A DNA stretch of 64,000 nucleotides from Eledone cirrhosa. Taxonomy: Eukaryota. Made by a program: the position numbers and the translations under genes. Positions 37,180-51,454 of this stretch are shown here, in pieces; positions within the stretch are counted from its first letter, which is position 1; each line of letters opens with the position of its first letter. The notes beneath the pieces are model-generated. The model was not told the DNA's origin. It made no database searches and worked only from the letters and a program-made list of their open reading frames with translations. The DNA is taken from assembly GCA_964016885.1 (NCBI GenBank), contig OZ024742.1, forward strand, positions 172,422,001 to 172,486,000, read 5' to 3'.

Positions 37180-38243
37180 AAATGATATGAAACGAAAGGA
37201 GCTGTGTGGTTACTAAAAACAAGGTTTAGGATGGTGGTTAGGACGGAACAATAGGAGAACGGAAGAAAGGAGTTTCCTTCGTCAGCTGTAAATGTTTCCC
37301 GATCCGATATTTCGGCGCTGACATCGGTGGAGATCGGGTGCGCCCGAGGCCTTTTATTAATCAAAAGGCCAGGAGGAAAAGAAGAGAGAAAGAGGAGTAA
37401 AAAGGAAAGAGAAATATATGTATATATATATAAAACTAGAAGTGGCACTAACGTAGCGTATTTCATCATAGAGGTGCATATGAAAGCATATACGATATGT
37501 TTATGTGTAATAATTGACATAGAGTCTCCATATGAATTTATATACAAACATTACTCACATGTTTGTATTGCTTATGGTAAGTTTATGTTATCTGCTATTT
37601 AATATATCATTTGGATATGAAAAATATTCCAGTCATTAATCTTCCATTTTTTTTCTTTTATATTTATAAGTTACAGATATATTGTCCACTAAAATGTTTC
37701 TGCTTTGTTTTTATTTTGTGGTAGTGTGCTTTAATTTTTTCATGGATTAAAATCATGGTCAGACTTCATGGACATTGTAAAGGTTGTTAGTACATACCAG
37801 ATTACAATCAGATTTATGAATAACTTTCACTCTTTTTAGCTTGAATCGCGTTTTACATGCTAGGAGTTTAATTTTTTAGGTTTTAGATTCTAAGGATTTT
37901 GTTGTATTTTATTTGCCATAATTGTTTTGCGTGATGCATTCTGTGTCTGATTTAAGAGGTATTTACGATGTGTGCGCCTGTTCGTTAATGTGTATGGATG
38001 AGATTCATAAGAGGTAATATTGTGTGGGATTTTTTTGTAGTGGCATTTATATCGATAATTAAGTTGCGTAAACTTCACGACTATTTGAATATCCATTGTT
38101 AATATGTTTTTGTTTCATTCCTTATCACTGATTCATTTATGCAACTGAATTAATTTCTTCGGAGAGATTTTGCCAAGTGCGTACAAATATTATTTATATA
38201 TAGTTTCAACTTAGTAGTTTATATATAGGAAGTAATAGGTATT

Positions 38244-38270
38244 ACTAGACCACCCGTAATCCGCTGGGTC
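38244..38270 (-). mobile_element. Helitron-like 3' terminus
   Basis: Minus strand ACCC-loop-GGGT hairpin followed by CTAG|T. Confidence 0.4.
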
Positions 38271-38424
38271 ACGTTCACTTCAAAATGTTTTTTTTTTAGA
38301 TCATGTTCACTTAAAAATAATTTTTAAATAGTTGAAATATACACAGGCATGTATATAATGCGAAATGAGACTACAATGCCCATATATATACGTGCGTGTA
38401 TGTATATATATATATATATATACA

Positions 38425-39158
38425 AAATTAAGATAAATCAAATGAATTTAATCTAAATCAAAATTACGGGTGTCATGTCAGAAAGACATGTTCCATATCA
38501 CCCGCAAAATAAGCTCTAAGATTCTAACGAGTAGATCCGAGCATTTTATAATAACTAGAGATTGATTAACATATAAATAAACATGAATAATCACAGGAGA
38601 TAATTTTTACAAGTGTGTAACCACACATAGCTAGGTAGGTAACTAAATAAAGTTGACCAGAACTTCAAAAATAGATACCTTATAATATGATTAATCTTCC
38701 CTGTATATATTCCATTAAAGAAATATATTTCACCAATTAATGAGATGGTAAACCACAGAAGTGGATACTTGGGTTTTCAACAAGGAAGAAGTTCCAGCAA
38801 TCCGTCTTTACACTTCAAGTTCAAATCAGCGACTGATCACACGTGTAGTATTTACTAGAAATACACACATCATACTAGCTTCGTCCCAGTGGCGTGAATA
38901 GGGTTATCGACAACTAGAAACAGCAGTCGAGTCCTTTCAACAGAGTTAGCTCTACAATTAAGGAGCCTTATTTATATATCTATATCCCAAATTAAGATAA
39001 ATCAAATGAATTTAATCTAAATCAAAATTATGGGTGTCATGTCAGAAAGACATGCGCCATATCACCCGCAAAATAAGCTCTAAGATTCTAACGAGTAGGT
39101 CCGAGCATTTTATAATAACTAGAGATTGATTAACATATAAATAAACATGAATAATCAC
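38425..39158. repeat. ~170-bp direct repeat pair (38425-38595 and 38988-39158)
   Basis: Near-identical segments AAATTAAGATAAATC...GAATAATCACA. Confidence 0.9.
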
Positions 39159-40701
39159 ACGCGGGTGGGTAGACAAGGGCTGATACACCCCCCACTTGCC
39201 GAATAAGTTAGGGGAAACCCCACCTTACATAGGTATATGTATCTCTTTTCTTTTCCTCTTTGTCTTCTTCTTCCCCCTATCTCATCCTATCTCTTCCTTT
39301 CACCTCCTATTTTCTTCCTCGTCTCCTTTTCTCCTTTCGCCTACCCCGATGCAGCCCATCGGTCCTCTGCAGCATCAGTTCCCTGACCCCTGTAATTTTA
39401 AGATAGAATTGGCCGAATACGTTTTACTAACAAATTATAGCAGATGTGTTTAACCCCTTTAATATTGTATCAGTTTTGTTACTACTCAATTTCTACAAGT
39501 TTTTTTCTAATCTCAACTTATTAACCTCTAATTGTAAGATAGCATTGTGATTTTTTTTATTCATTTCTCACTATCTAATTTCATATATTTTTTTCATTTT
39601 TTTCTATTATCGTTTATTGTCTCCTACTCTCATTCGACTTACCTATTCTATAACCTCCCACCTCCACTTCATACACTATCCTTAGAATCTGCTGTATACA
39701 TATCACCTTCAACGCTTGGTGGGCTCCACCCACACCCCTATTGTTCTACAGGCAAGTTCAGCCACCCCCTACCTCCCACCAAATGCCATGATAGACTTAT
39801 TTCTGTTTACAACACATTTTAACCAATCCTCTTGACAACTACAATCTTCCCATATAAGGAAGCACCCCCTTGACAAGTTCGGCTATTTATTCACCAGGCT
39901 AAACATTCTAATTTAGTCCAGAAATAGCCTTCGAAACGGCTTGAGCTCTGCCCTCGGGGTCATACTTTGTCGTATATATATATATGTTTAAACATTTATA
40001 TTTGTTTAAACATTTATAAATGTTTAAACATTTATATTTGTCGGACTTCCAACAAATTAAATACCCCTTCTGCTTAAATATATATATATATATATATATA
40101 TACACAAACACAAGCTTTCTTCCTCTCTATCCTTTTCCCTCTTTGTTTATGAACGTACCCGGAAAAAAACCTATATCTCGGGGCCCGTTATCCAATTTAC
40201 GCGAAACTTGTTTTATTCCATTTCAGGGTCAACTTCCTTGCAAAGTATTTTCCCATTATGCGCCCTTTTGGCTGTATTACATTACAGACAACCAAGCAAG
40301 TAATCACAGAGCTTTAGTAGTATATAGATAGATGTTGAAAACCGAATCTCCATATCTCGACATCCTCCTGTGTATTCATTTCAACGCGTATATCCACACA
40401 CCAGAAATATTTTGTTTTGATATAAGGTATTCTACTAAATAAAAGATGCCGTAATGTTTATTCGGCATTTGGAGGCAGCAACAAATTGTTTTTATAACAA
40501 ATTTTACTAGTAAAACCGTCAATAATTTATTAGTAACCGAAGTACTTCTAAATATTATACAAGAAACCAAAGACGTAGGTACCAACGCTATGTTAGGTGT
40601 AGGGTAATATTTCCCAAACGTTTCAGTAGGAAATTTGCTCGAAATAATATTTTCACCTTCACCAGAATGAATTCCCTTATGATACCGTCAAACACTGACG
40701 A

Positions 40702-41100
40702 AATTATTTAAGATGAAGAAAACTGACCTATTTAGCTAGCTAGAGATTTCGCGAAATAATTGTGTACCTATCTAACTAACTACATATCTATCTATGTAGT
40801 TTGCAATTTCGATTTTCTTACTCCAATATATAAGAAACAATATGTATATATATATACAAAAATACGTGTGCTGCATATATACTTACATACAAGTGATTGT
40901 ATGACCACCAATCGAATGATTTGATGGAAATTCACAATTTCATTGTAGAAACTCATTCTTTGGACTGTTGTTTCTTATACGTTGTAGTAAGAACATCGAG
41001 ATTGCAAACTACATAGATAGATATGTAGTTAGATAGGTACATAATTATCTTGCCAAATCTCTAGCTAGCTAAAAGGTCAGTTGTCTTCATCTTTAATAAT
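40702..41100. repeat. Inverted repeat, ~135-bp arms
   Basis: 40702-40841 is the reverse complement of ~40968-41100. Confidence 0.82.
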
Positions 41101-41121
41101 TGTGTGTGTTTATATATATGC

Positions 41122-41159
<38 letters not shown>

Positions 41160-41414
41160 CGCATATATATATACACACACACATATGTATATAGAAGACA
41201 GAGAGTATATATGTGACAGAAAGAGAGAAGGGAGCGAGAGAATGCGGATATGTGCAGAACAAATATATAAGTATGCAATTATAGGTCGAACGCATGCAAA
41301 AGGTCTCTTATATTTAGTTTTATCTTCAACTACAAGAGAATAGATAAACAATATATTCATATATGTACATTAACACACACATTATATATATAAGCATTCA
41401 TATATATATATACT

Positions 41415-41469
<55 letters not shown>

Positions 41470-41474
41470 GTATT

Positions 41475-41478
<4 letters not shown>

Positions 41479-41554
<76 letters not shown>

Positions 41555-41556
41555 TG

Positions 41557-41596
<40 letters not shown>

Positions 41597-41605
41597 TATG
41601 TGTGT
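41479..41605. repeat. (TG)n microsatellite
   Basis: Read directly. Confidence 0.95.
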
Positions 41606-42136
41606 ATACATGACATATTTCTTTCGTGATAGTTTAGCATTCTTTCAATATTGCCCTCAATCACACAATCAGTTTTCATTGGTGCCCTATTCACTTCTTT
41701 TCTTTTCATTTTTACTATTTATCCAATCCGTCTTACATTCCTACGTCAGGAAAATAGCCTTCTGTTGTTCACCTTCATATGTGTATGTGTTTGTTATAGT
41801 CTGTCGTGTTTTATGAGGATGACACCTTTTACTTAACTTTACATATGACACCTTTTACTTAACTTTTCATATAGTCATGTTTTGCAAGAGTATTGTGCTT
41901 TAATGAGTGGAAAGCTAGTTTTATATCAGTTCAACAATCACAGTTTTGTGTCCTCGTCATTTCGTTGTTAGTCTAACAAAAATATATTTTATAGAGGAGC
42001 ACGTACCATCTATCAAAGCTGAGATGTTGTACAAATAATTGTGATGTCTCTTTTCATATTCTCATTCGCACACACACACACGTTTACCACTCTGTATGTT
42101 TCTATATGAAGCCCCCTATGACATCTTAATAGTTTC

Positions 42137-43473
<1,337 letters not shown>

Positions 43474-44035
43474 CGTATATATATATATATATATATATAT
43501 ATAAGTAGGTATAGATATATATATTAATAGATAATACATGTGTGTTTATATATGCGTGCTTAGACAAATATGTCTGTTAATACAGGCGCATATATAAATG
43601 TGCTTTTATATAAATATAAGTCAATATAATTGAGATAGACGACTTCATGTATGCACTTGTGTGTAAATAAAGGTCTATAACAGCTTTAATATTAAAACAT
43701 TCTTATTTTCTACCAACCGAGTAGGTATCTGTATATTAACCTGAAAATATTCATGAGATGAGCACGTTAAATTGCTACATGTCACCTTACCGTAAGCATT
43801 AACCAGAAGTAATACTTGTGAATAAGAATATAGTGGAAGCAACGTTGAAATCAAGTATTATTGTATAGTAATATAATAAAAAATAAATGTTAACTGTTAA
43901 GGAATCGTGTTATTCAATTTGAATTATATAGTTGTTTCCTAGGGTGCGTTACACCTTTTTGGTGTTTGGTGATAAGGATCGGTGCCAATATGTCATTAAT
44001 CTACAAAACATTATGAAAAAGTAACATATATATAT

Positions 44036-44087
<52 letters not shown>

Positions 44088-44090
<3 letters not shown>

Positions 44091-44640
44091 AACGAGTAGG
44101 ACTCCGACGGCTGAGCTCAAGCCGTATCGACGGCTAATTCTTGACTTTTTTTTTAGTCCAGAATTAGCCGTCGGTGCATCCTTTAAGACACTCATGCTTC
44201 CCGAAATACGCCAAAACTACACCTGATGTGCCCCTTCCATACACATGCACACATGTGTGTATCATGACTCGTGCACTGTTCATTTTACTGATGTTTGTGC
44301 ATTGCCCTATGTACTGTACATGCACTTTTTTGATGGGTTGTGGTGCACCTGGGCACTGTGCACAATATTTCATTATTGTTATTGTTATTATATCATGACT
44401 CATACACTGTTTATTTTCCTGACATTTGTACATTACTCTATGTACTATACATGCACCTTTGATGAGTTGTAGTGCACCTGAGCAGTGTACACAATAATTT
44501 CATTATTATTATTATTATTATGAAACGGCTTGAGCTCACCCGTCGGGGTCCTACTCGTTCCTATTACCCACTCTACTACCGTAAGTATTGTGTACTTTGG
44601 TGCGTTATGGTCCATCTGGTTCCTTACCACATTTCCTTCG

Positions 44641-44643
<3 letters not shown>
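44088..44643 (+). mobile_element. Fold-back family C with a nested insertion (44173-44521); other copies at 39910-39973, 50271-50474(-) and 59060-59237
   Basis: Shared AGTCCAGAA.TAGCCGTC(G)AAACGGCTTGAGCTC arm and GGTGCGTTATGGTCCATCTGGTTCCTTA tail; (TA)n flanks. Confidence 0.75.
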
Positions 44644-44687
<44 letters not shown>

Positions 44688-44690
<3 letters not shown>

Positions 44691-45160
44691 GATATTAATA
44701 AATGGAATCTATATTTATAAAACCATATTTATTTCATTATACATATTTCAGGGATACCAAATTAAATTATGGTATGCCTTCATCAGACAAAATACAATAT
44801 ATAACAGTTTTACAAATAAGCTTTGACGTACCCTTTTAAAATGCAACCATTATTTTTGGAAGCCATCCGGATAGTGAGTTGTTTATATTATTTTAATAAG
44901 TCATAGTGTTAAGGACAATTAAAAAAATTAGTAAAACAATTAGTAAAACTGTTATATATTGTATTTTGTCTGATGAAGGCATACCATAATTTAATTTGGT
45001 ATCCCTGAAATATGTATAATGAAATAAATATGGTTTTATAAATATAGTTTCCATTTATAAATATCGTATATCTACTCCAAATACTTGTCGAGTGCTTTAT
45101 ATCAGTTATAAAAATATTTACTTGTTGTATCCCAACAATTTTAAATAGAACTTTTGCTTA
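44688..45160 (+). mobile_element. Fold-back family D; single-arm copy at 59798-60030(-)
   Basis: Arms ~44688-44816 and 44943-45070; TACTC..GAGTGCT tail. Confidence 0.8.
44962..45026 (+). ncRNA. Minimal hammerhead ribozyme (family D); copies at 44730-44794(-) and 59839-59903(-)
   Basis: UAUUUUGU-CUGAUGA-AGGCAUACCA..UGGUAUCCCU-GAAA-UAUGUA-UA-AUGAAAUA. Confidence 0.78.
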
Positions 45161-45174
45161 TATATATATATATC

Positions 45175-45608
45175 AAATGTAGAAAAGTAACACAGATGTT
45201 GATATATATAAAAACAAATAGTAGAAAGGAAAAAGATTCTTTCAGTAGAAAACGTTGAAGACATTTTTTTCAGTGAGATATTAAAACTTTAATTTATTTA
45301 CCACTAAGCTGTAAGCAGAGTAGGATGGACAGGAAAATGACCTCTCTTCTCTGAATCAACATGTATGTGAAAATTAATTTTTCTTCCCCTGTTTATTTTC
45401 ATTCTCTTAATAATAATAATAATAATAATTGTTATTATTATCACTATTTTTACAAATATGCAAACTTAACAATATTCTGCATATCCGCAACTGATGATGC
45501 ATTTAATTCTGAAACCGGTATTGAAAATAAATTAATGTTGTAATATCTCACTGAAAAAAAATCTGTTCAACATTTTCTACAGAAAGAATCTTTTTCCTAT
45601 CTACTATT

Positions 45609-45617
<9 letters not shown>
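45175..45617. mobile_element. Fold-back family E with hammerhead core at 45488-45523(+)
   Basis: Arms ~45208-45299 and 45525-45617; CAA-CUGAUGA-(weak stem II)-GAAA-CCGG-UA-UUG. Confidence 0.68.
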
Positions 45618-45696
<79 letters not shown>

Positions 45697-45697
<1 letters not shown>

Positions 45698-46077
45698 CAC
45701 GTAGGCATAGTATATTTGGCAATATACCGTATGTTTAATTAAAAGCATTTTGAAGACCTTGCGCTATAATTTTAAAGTATTGACTATGTCACTTACTTCT
45801 TTTTCGGTAAAGGATGGGAGAGAAGCTGACAGATTCTGTTTCACACTGTTGGTGTTCTTCAGAGCAACGTACTTCCCTCCCCGCCTCCGCCGAAAATTAT
45901 AGAGGCTGGCTCTTATAAAATTCCAGTAATAATCAGGATCTTATTATACAGCGCGATTATACACCCTTTATAAAATGATAGCTCAAGGTCTTCAACATGT
46001 TTTTAATTAAACATACGGTATTGCCAAATATACTATACATACATTCATGTATACATCGCTATTTCAGAGCACCAATC

Positions 46078-46082
<5 letters not shown>
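45697..46082 (+). mobile_element. Fold-back family B copy 1
   Basis: Arms ~45706-45775 and 45970-46038; shares AAGCATTTTGAAGACC and GCTATTTCAGAGC with the 50.5-kb and 62.3-kb copies. Confidence 0.78.
45825..45865 (-). ncRNA. Hammerhead ribozyme with canonical C3:G8 core (family B1)
   Basis: GCU-CUGAAGA-ACAC CAACA GUGU-GAAA-CAGAAUCUG-UC-AGC. Confidence 0.85.
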
Positions 46083-46149
<67 letters not shown>

Positions 46150-46499
46150 GATATATATATATATATATATATAGTGGTGGAATCTCCCGTCAAAAAAAGT
46201 AGAACCGATTAGTGGATCCCCGCAAACAAAATGTTCCACCTTTATTCCATACGGTGAGCGAGTTCGGCTATGTAATTTCAGGTCTGTAACATTTTTACGG
46301 GGCCGGTTCCAGACACACCAGTAAGGCTTTTCGAGCTGAAAATGTGTAATGAAGTGAGTGATAATTTGCAGGTTTATGATAATTATGTTTTTGATTTACA
46401 TACATCTTGATGACAAATATGTTCTTCATATGGCATTACTTTTTCCACTCAGTCCTATTATTGGCAGTATTATCCCAGTAGTTAATATTCATATTCAGA

Positions 46500-47090
46500 G
46501 GTGTCCCTAAATATGCCTTTATAGTGGGGTAGTGGTTGAACTAGTATTCTACGAAATACTTTAAGTTGACCAAATTAGACTAGCTTTGGGATTCTTTCAT
46601 CGTTCATTCTCGAAACGTGACCACATCATATAATTTAAAATTTGATCAAAAGCTTTTCCATTTCAAAAATGTTGCATTGAGATAGCACTTCGCTATTTGT
46701 CACTGTCATCCAATTTTACATCGCAGACCTGCGTTAGACACCTCATATGAAGACTGCTCATTTAAGCAAGGAGTTTGTGATATTGTCCAGTTTGTTAATT
46801 GTTTAATAGCAAGCGTTACCTCTGCTTTGGACGACACATTTGAAAGAGAATCCATAATTTGACTTTGGGAGAGGTATCACATTTGTATCACATTTGTATC
46901 AGCATTTGATTGTATGTTGAATACTTCTTTAAAGTGCTTTGCTAACACTTTATTATACCTTGTTGATCTGTCAAGTGATTGCCATCAACTGATAGGATGG
47001 GGAGCATCCACTTTACTTTGTCTAAACACTCCCTTCAAGTTGGATAAAAAGACTTCATGTCATGTCCGTCAAATAATTCCTAATTTTTAT
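46500..47090 (-). mobile_element. Decayed RTE-clade LINE fragment with internal deletion
   Basis: Minus frames read DMKS.., LTDQQGII..KHFKEVFN, EVTLAIKQL, then VTNSEVL and GHVSRMNDERIPK...FGQL. Confidence 0.72.
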
Positions 47091-48312
47091 ACTGCACTCA
47101 TTTATCGAGAGAAAGTAATAATCAAGCAATTCTAAATGCGATATTTCTTAAAACGAAACATATATGCTTCCATATGCATGTGATGGTTTCACATCTTTCG
47201 GAATACTTCTATTAGTTCCTTGCAGTCGTATCACGCAGGTGATTTAGTGAATCGTACACTCGTTAAGCAGAAGGATGTGGCCAGTTTAAATCAGTATAAA
47301 AATCTAACTGCTGTGTTGTTATATTCATGTCACAAGGATCTTGTGGATTTGCGAAGACTATTTGTTAAGGAACTGTGGAAGGGGAAAGAAGTAGAGGTGC
47401 ATATAGGAAAAGATATATAAAAAAAAGCATCAACAAATGGCCAAACAAATCGTTAGCGGTGACACATCTCGCACGAACCCGCAACGTATCTAATATTATT
47501 TGCAACACGCTTACAATTACGTCAGGTGTCACGGTGAGGGTTCGATCATTCGAGCAATCTGAAAAGTTCTATAACATAAACAAAATGTAAATTTATTGAG
47601 AAATGGAATCAGCCCTTTGGGCTTTAGATTTAATAATAAATTATGAAAGAGTCAAAATGTCACAATATTCACAATTCTAAATGGAAGTTAAATAAATACG
47701 TTAGATGATGTCATTTAGCTAGTAGGAGATCTTTCCGACACAAGTGAAATAAACGTTTTGTCACATACACAATACACTGCTGACATTTAATATGACAAAA
47801 CTAAATTGAATCATACATTCAGGATATTGGGAAAATAATTGATAACAAATAAATTAAATATAAAAAACAAAGTCACTGAAAATATGATATAAATGTCCTG
47901 AAGTTGATATTAACGCAATAATATATAGCCATAACTATCTTATAATAAGCATTTCTTGGAGTCTACACATTAATATCATAGAATTTCCCAGCTGAATCAA
48001 GAGATTATTTCAATCTGTAAGGAAAGCCGTTTTAGATGGAGAGCGAATGTAGCTTTAATAAAGCCTGAACAGTAAAACTTTCGATATATAGTGCCTACGT
48101 ACCAATATATATATTTCATATACAAATGATATTTGCAGGATTAGAAATGTTTCATTTGTTTGACATCATCAGGGCAAACAAGATGATTTCAAATGAATGA
48201 ACATTTCTAGTCTTGTTAGAGTATTTATCATATGAATTGCATATATTCGTTCTCTACTAATGTACTGACTAATATTTATACAAGGATATCTGCACACAAA
48301 AACACACACACA

Positions 48313-48399
<87 letters not shown>

Positions 48400-48404
<5 letters not shown>

Positions 48405-48952
48405 TACTTTGGGAGGGTCATGTTGCCAATAAGAAACACATGCACCCAGTGCTTTCACTTCAATTTATTATAATAAATTTATAAATTTAGGAATTTATAA
48501 ATTTCCGGTTGGTTGGTTGGTTCCACAACCAGGTAGTTGATTATATATTGTCAAAGTTCTTTCGTCACACATTATGTGACCTCTTCAGTGACTGGGGATT
48601 TTGTTTCTGTGTGTGAAACAAAATGAAACACACACAGACACAAAATGGCGTAGGACAGAACAAAGGAGAGGCACAAAAAACAAAGAAAAAATCCCCAGTC
48701 ACTGAAGAGGTCACAGAATGTGTGACGAACGAACTTTGACAATATATAAACAACTACCTGGTTGTGGAACCAACCAACCAACCGTAAATTTATAAATTCC
48801 TAAATATAAAAATGTATTATAATAAATTGAAGTGAAAGCAATTGGTGCGTGTGTTTCTTATTGGCAACATGGCCCTCCCAAATTATAATAATATCGGTTT
48901 CAACACACGTTTTCAGCTAAAGAATCTTGCTAAACAAATTCAGAAACGAAAT
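48400..48952 (+). mobile_element. Family F fold-back, non-coding derivative
   Basis: Same pLTR arms and tail (TCGGTTTCAACACACG..CAGAAACGAAAT) as 32733-33849, but without the endonuclease sequence. Confidence 0.85.
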
Positions 48953-48959
48953 ATATATA

Positions 48960-50219
48960 TAGAATAAGGAAAAGCGAAGTAGTTTCAGATGTTCAAGTCC
49001 TTTTATAATAATGGTGTGATATATATTTCAATGGCGCAACTGGCCACACTGTTCTGTGTGCGAGTGTCGTGACATCATCAGACAGCTTGTTACATAAGAT
49101 AAACCCCTATTTTCCTGCACCAAATAGCATTTGAACAGAAGCCCCCTCAATTTAATCTATAGATTGACAAATTGACAATCATATGGATCATTTTGCATAT
49201 ATGTACTCTGTGTGTTTGCATTTATTCATTATTGGTTCTTTTGTTTTGTGTACTTTGTGTCTGTTTTTCCTTGGTATTGTTCGATGTGATGGAAATTATG
49301 ACTGTGTACCAGATTGACTACTCCCTTGAATACTGTAGTTTACCTTCCGTTCTAATATACGGCATATCGTTCAATATGTGGATAGAGTAACTGTGGCATT
49401 AGAACCCCTCTCAGAATTTCTTACTTAAACATCTCTCCTCATATTATTTACTCACTTCAATCTATATTTTTTTACTGACCTCAATCCGGATTCTCACTTG
49501 AAAACATTTTAACATTTCTAATTGTTGATTTTTTAATTGTTTAATTTATAATTTCTGATATTTGATTTGGGATTTTTATTTTTATTTCCAACTCTCACTC
49601 ATAACTTCCAATATAAAACCATGATACCTAGAATTAAGTTTATTTTCTCTTAGGAGTTGATGGTCAGTCGTACTGTCCACGCTTGGTGAGAGGTATTATT
49701 GGGACCTGTAAAAACTAACACTCTCCCATCCCCTCTGGCTTTCGGCTGACTGCCACTGTCGGGATGGGTAGCAGTAAACTATGGTACAAGCCTAAGTGGG
49801 TCATTGTTTGGCTGAGAGGGTGAACTGACTAAGCGAATTTCGTTGAAATCTGCGGTAGATAATGGTCAACTTCCTTCGGACATGCGCCTGCGCAGACCAG
49901 TGGGAGTGAATTGGTACTCACAGAGGAACGGATCAAGAACCCAAAAGCACACACTTCGTCCGTTCCCATGTCGATTCAATTTGGATTGCCTCGGAAACAT
50001 AACCTTATTATCTAACAAGCTGTCTGATGATGTCACGACACTCGCACGCAGAACAGTGTGGCCACTGTCGTCATTGAAATATATATCACAGCATTATTAT
50101 TAAAGGACTTGAACATCTGAAACTATTTCGCTTTTCCTTATTCGATATTTACTCCGTCACTCCTATGTGGAAAAAGTACGTTGAGTGGTTGAATGGAATT
50201 GCATCAATATTTACCCTAA

Positions 50220-50220
<1 letters not shown>
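48960..50220 (+). mobile_element. Fold-back family H with ~0.9-kb spacer
   Basis: Arms ~48961-49100 and 50005-50143; hammerheads in both arms; TACTC..GAGTGG tail followed by (TA)n. Confidence 0.78.
50019..50092 (+). ncRNA. Hammerhead ribozyme with extended stem II (family H); copy at 49013-49086(-)
   Basis: GCUGU-CUGAUGA-(ACGACA..UGUCGU)-GAAA-UAUAUA-UC-ACAGC. Confidence 0.8.
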
Positions 50221-50273
<53 letters not shown>

Positions 50274-50484
50274 CAAAGGAAATGTGTTAAGGAACCAGAT
50301 GGACCATAACGCACCAGAGTACTCAATACTTAGAGTAGTAGAGTGGGAATAGGAAAAAGTATGACCCTCACGGCAGAGCTCAATCCGTTTCGCCGGCTAT
50401 TTCTGGACTTTTTCAGTCCAGAAATAGCCGTCGAAACAGCTTGAGCTCTGCCGTTAGGGTCATACTTTTTCCTATATATATATA

Positions 50485-51454
50485 TATATATGGATGTATA
50501 TATAATGTATTTTGCAATACACTTTATGCTTAATTAAAAGCATTTTGAAGACCGTATCCTATTGTATTAGAGTAGTGACACATTCACTTACTTTAATCTC
50601 TGCAAACAGGAGGGATAAGCCGACAAGGCCTTGTTTCGCTTTTGTTGAAGCTTATCAAGGCTAACTACCCCTCCTGTCTACTGAGATTACTGATGTTATA
50701 TTCTTATAGAATTCTAGTAAATAATCAGGAACTGATTATACAGAGCGTTGTTGGTCAGGCAGAAATTAAAAATTAGAATTGGAGCTCTGAAATAGCAATA
50801 TATATATGGATGTATATATAATGTATTTTGCAATACACTTTATGCTTAATTAAAAGCATTTAGAAGACCGTATGCTATTGTTTTAGAGTAGTGACAAATT
50901 CACTTACTTTAATCTCAGCAAACAGGGGAGATAAGCCGACAAGGCCTTGTTTCGCTATTGTTGAAGCTTATCAAGGCTAACTACCCCTCCTGTCTACTGA
51001 GATTAAAGTAAGTGAATTTGTCACTACTCTAAAACAATAGCATACGGTCTTTAAAATGCTTTTAATTAAGCATAAAGTGTATTGCAAAATACATTATATA
51101 TACATCCATATATATATTGCTATTTCAGAGCTCCAATTCTAATTTTTAATTTCTGCCTGACCAACAATCGCTCTGTATAATCAGTTCCTGATTTATTACT
51201 AGAATTCTATAAGAATATAACATCAGTAATCTCAGTAGACAGGAGGGGTAGTTAGCCTTGATAAGCTTCAACAAAAGCGAAACAAGGCCTTGTCGGCTTA
51301 TCTCCCCTGTTTGCTGAGATTAAAGTAAGTGAATTTGTCACTACTCTAAAAACAATAGCATACGGTCTTCAAAATGCTTTTAATTAAGCATAAAGTGTAT
51401 TGCAAAATACATTATATATACATCCATATATATATTGCTATTTCAGAGCTCCAA

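Noticed and set aside
40610-40965. Hammerhead-like cores near the 40.7-kb inverted repeat
   Set aside because: Core mismatches (CUGGUGA, UUGAUGG) and weak stems; not distinguishable from chance.
49700-49835. Twister-like motif in the family H spacer
   Set aside because: UAAC and CAAGCC resemblance only; the pseudoknot pairings could not be completed.
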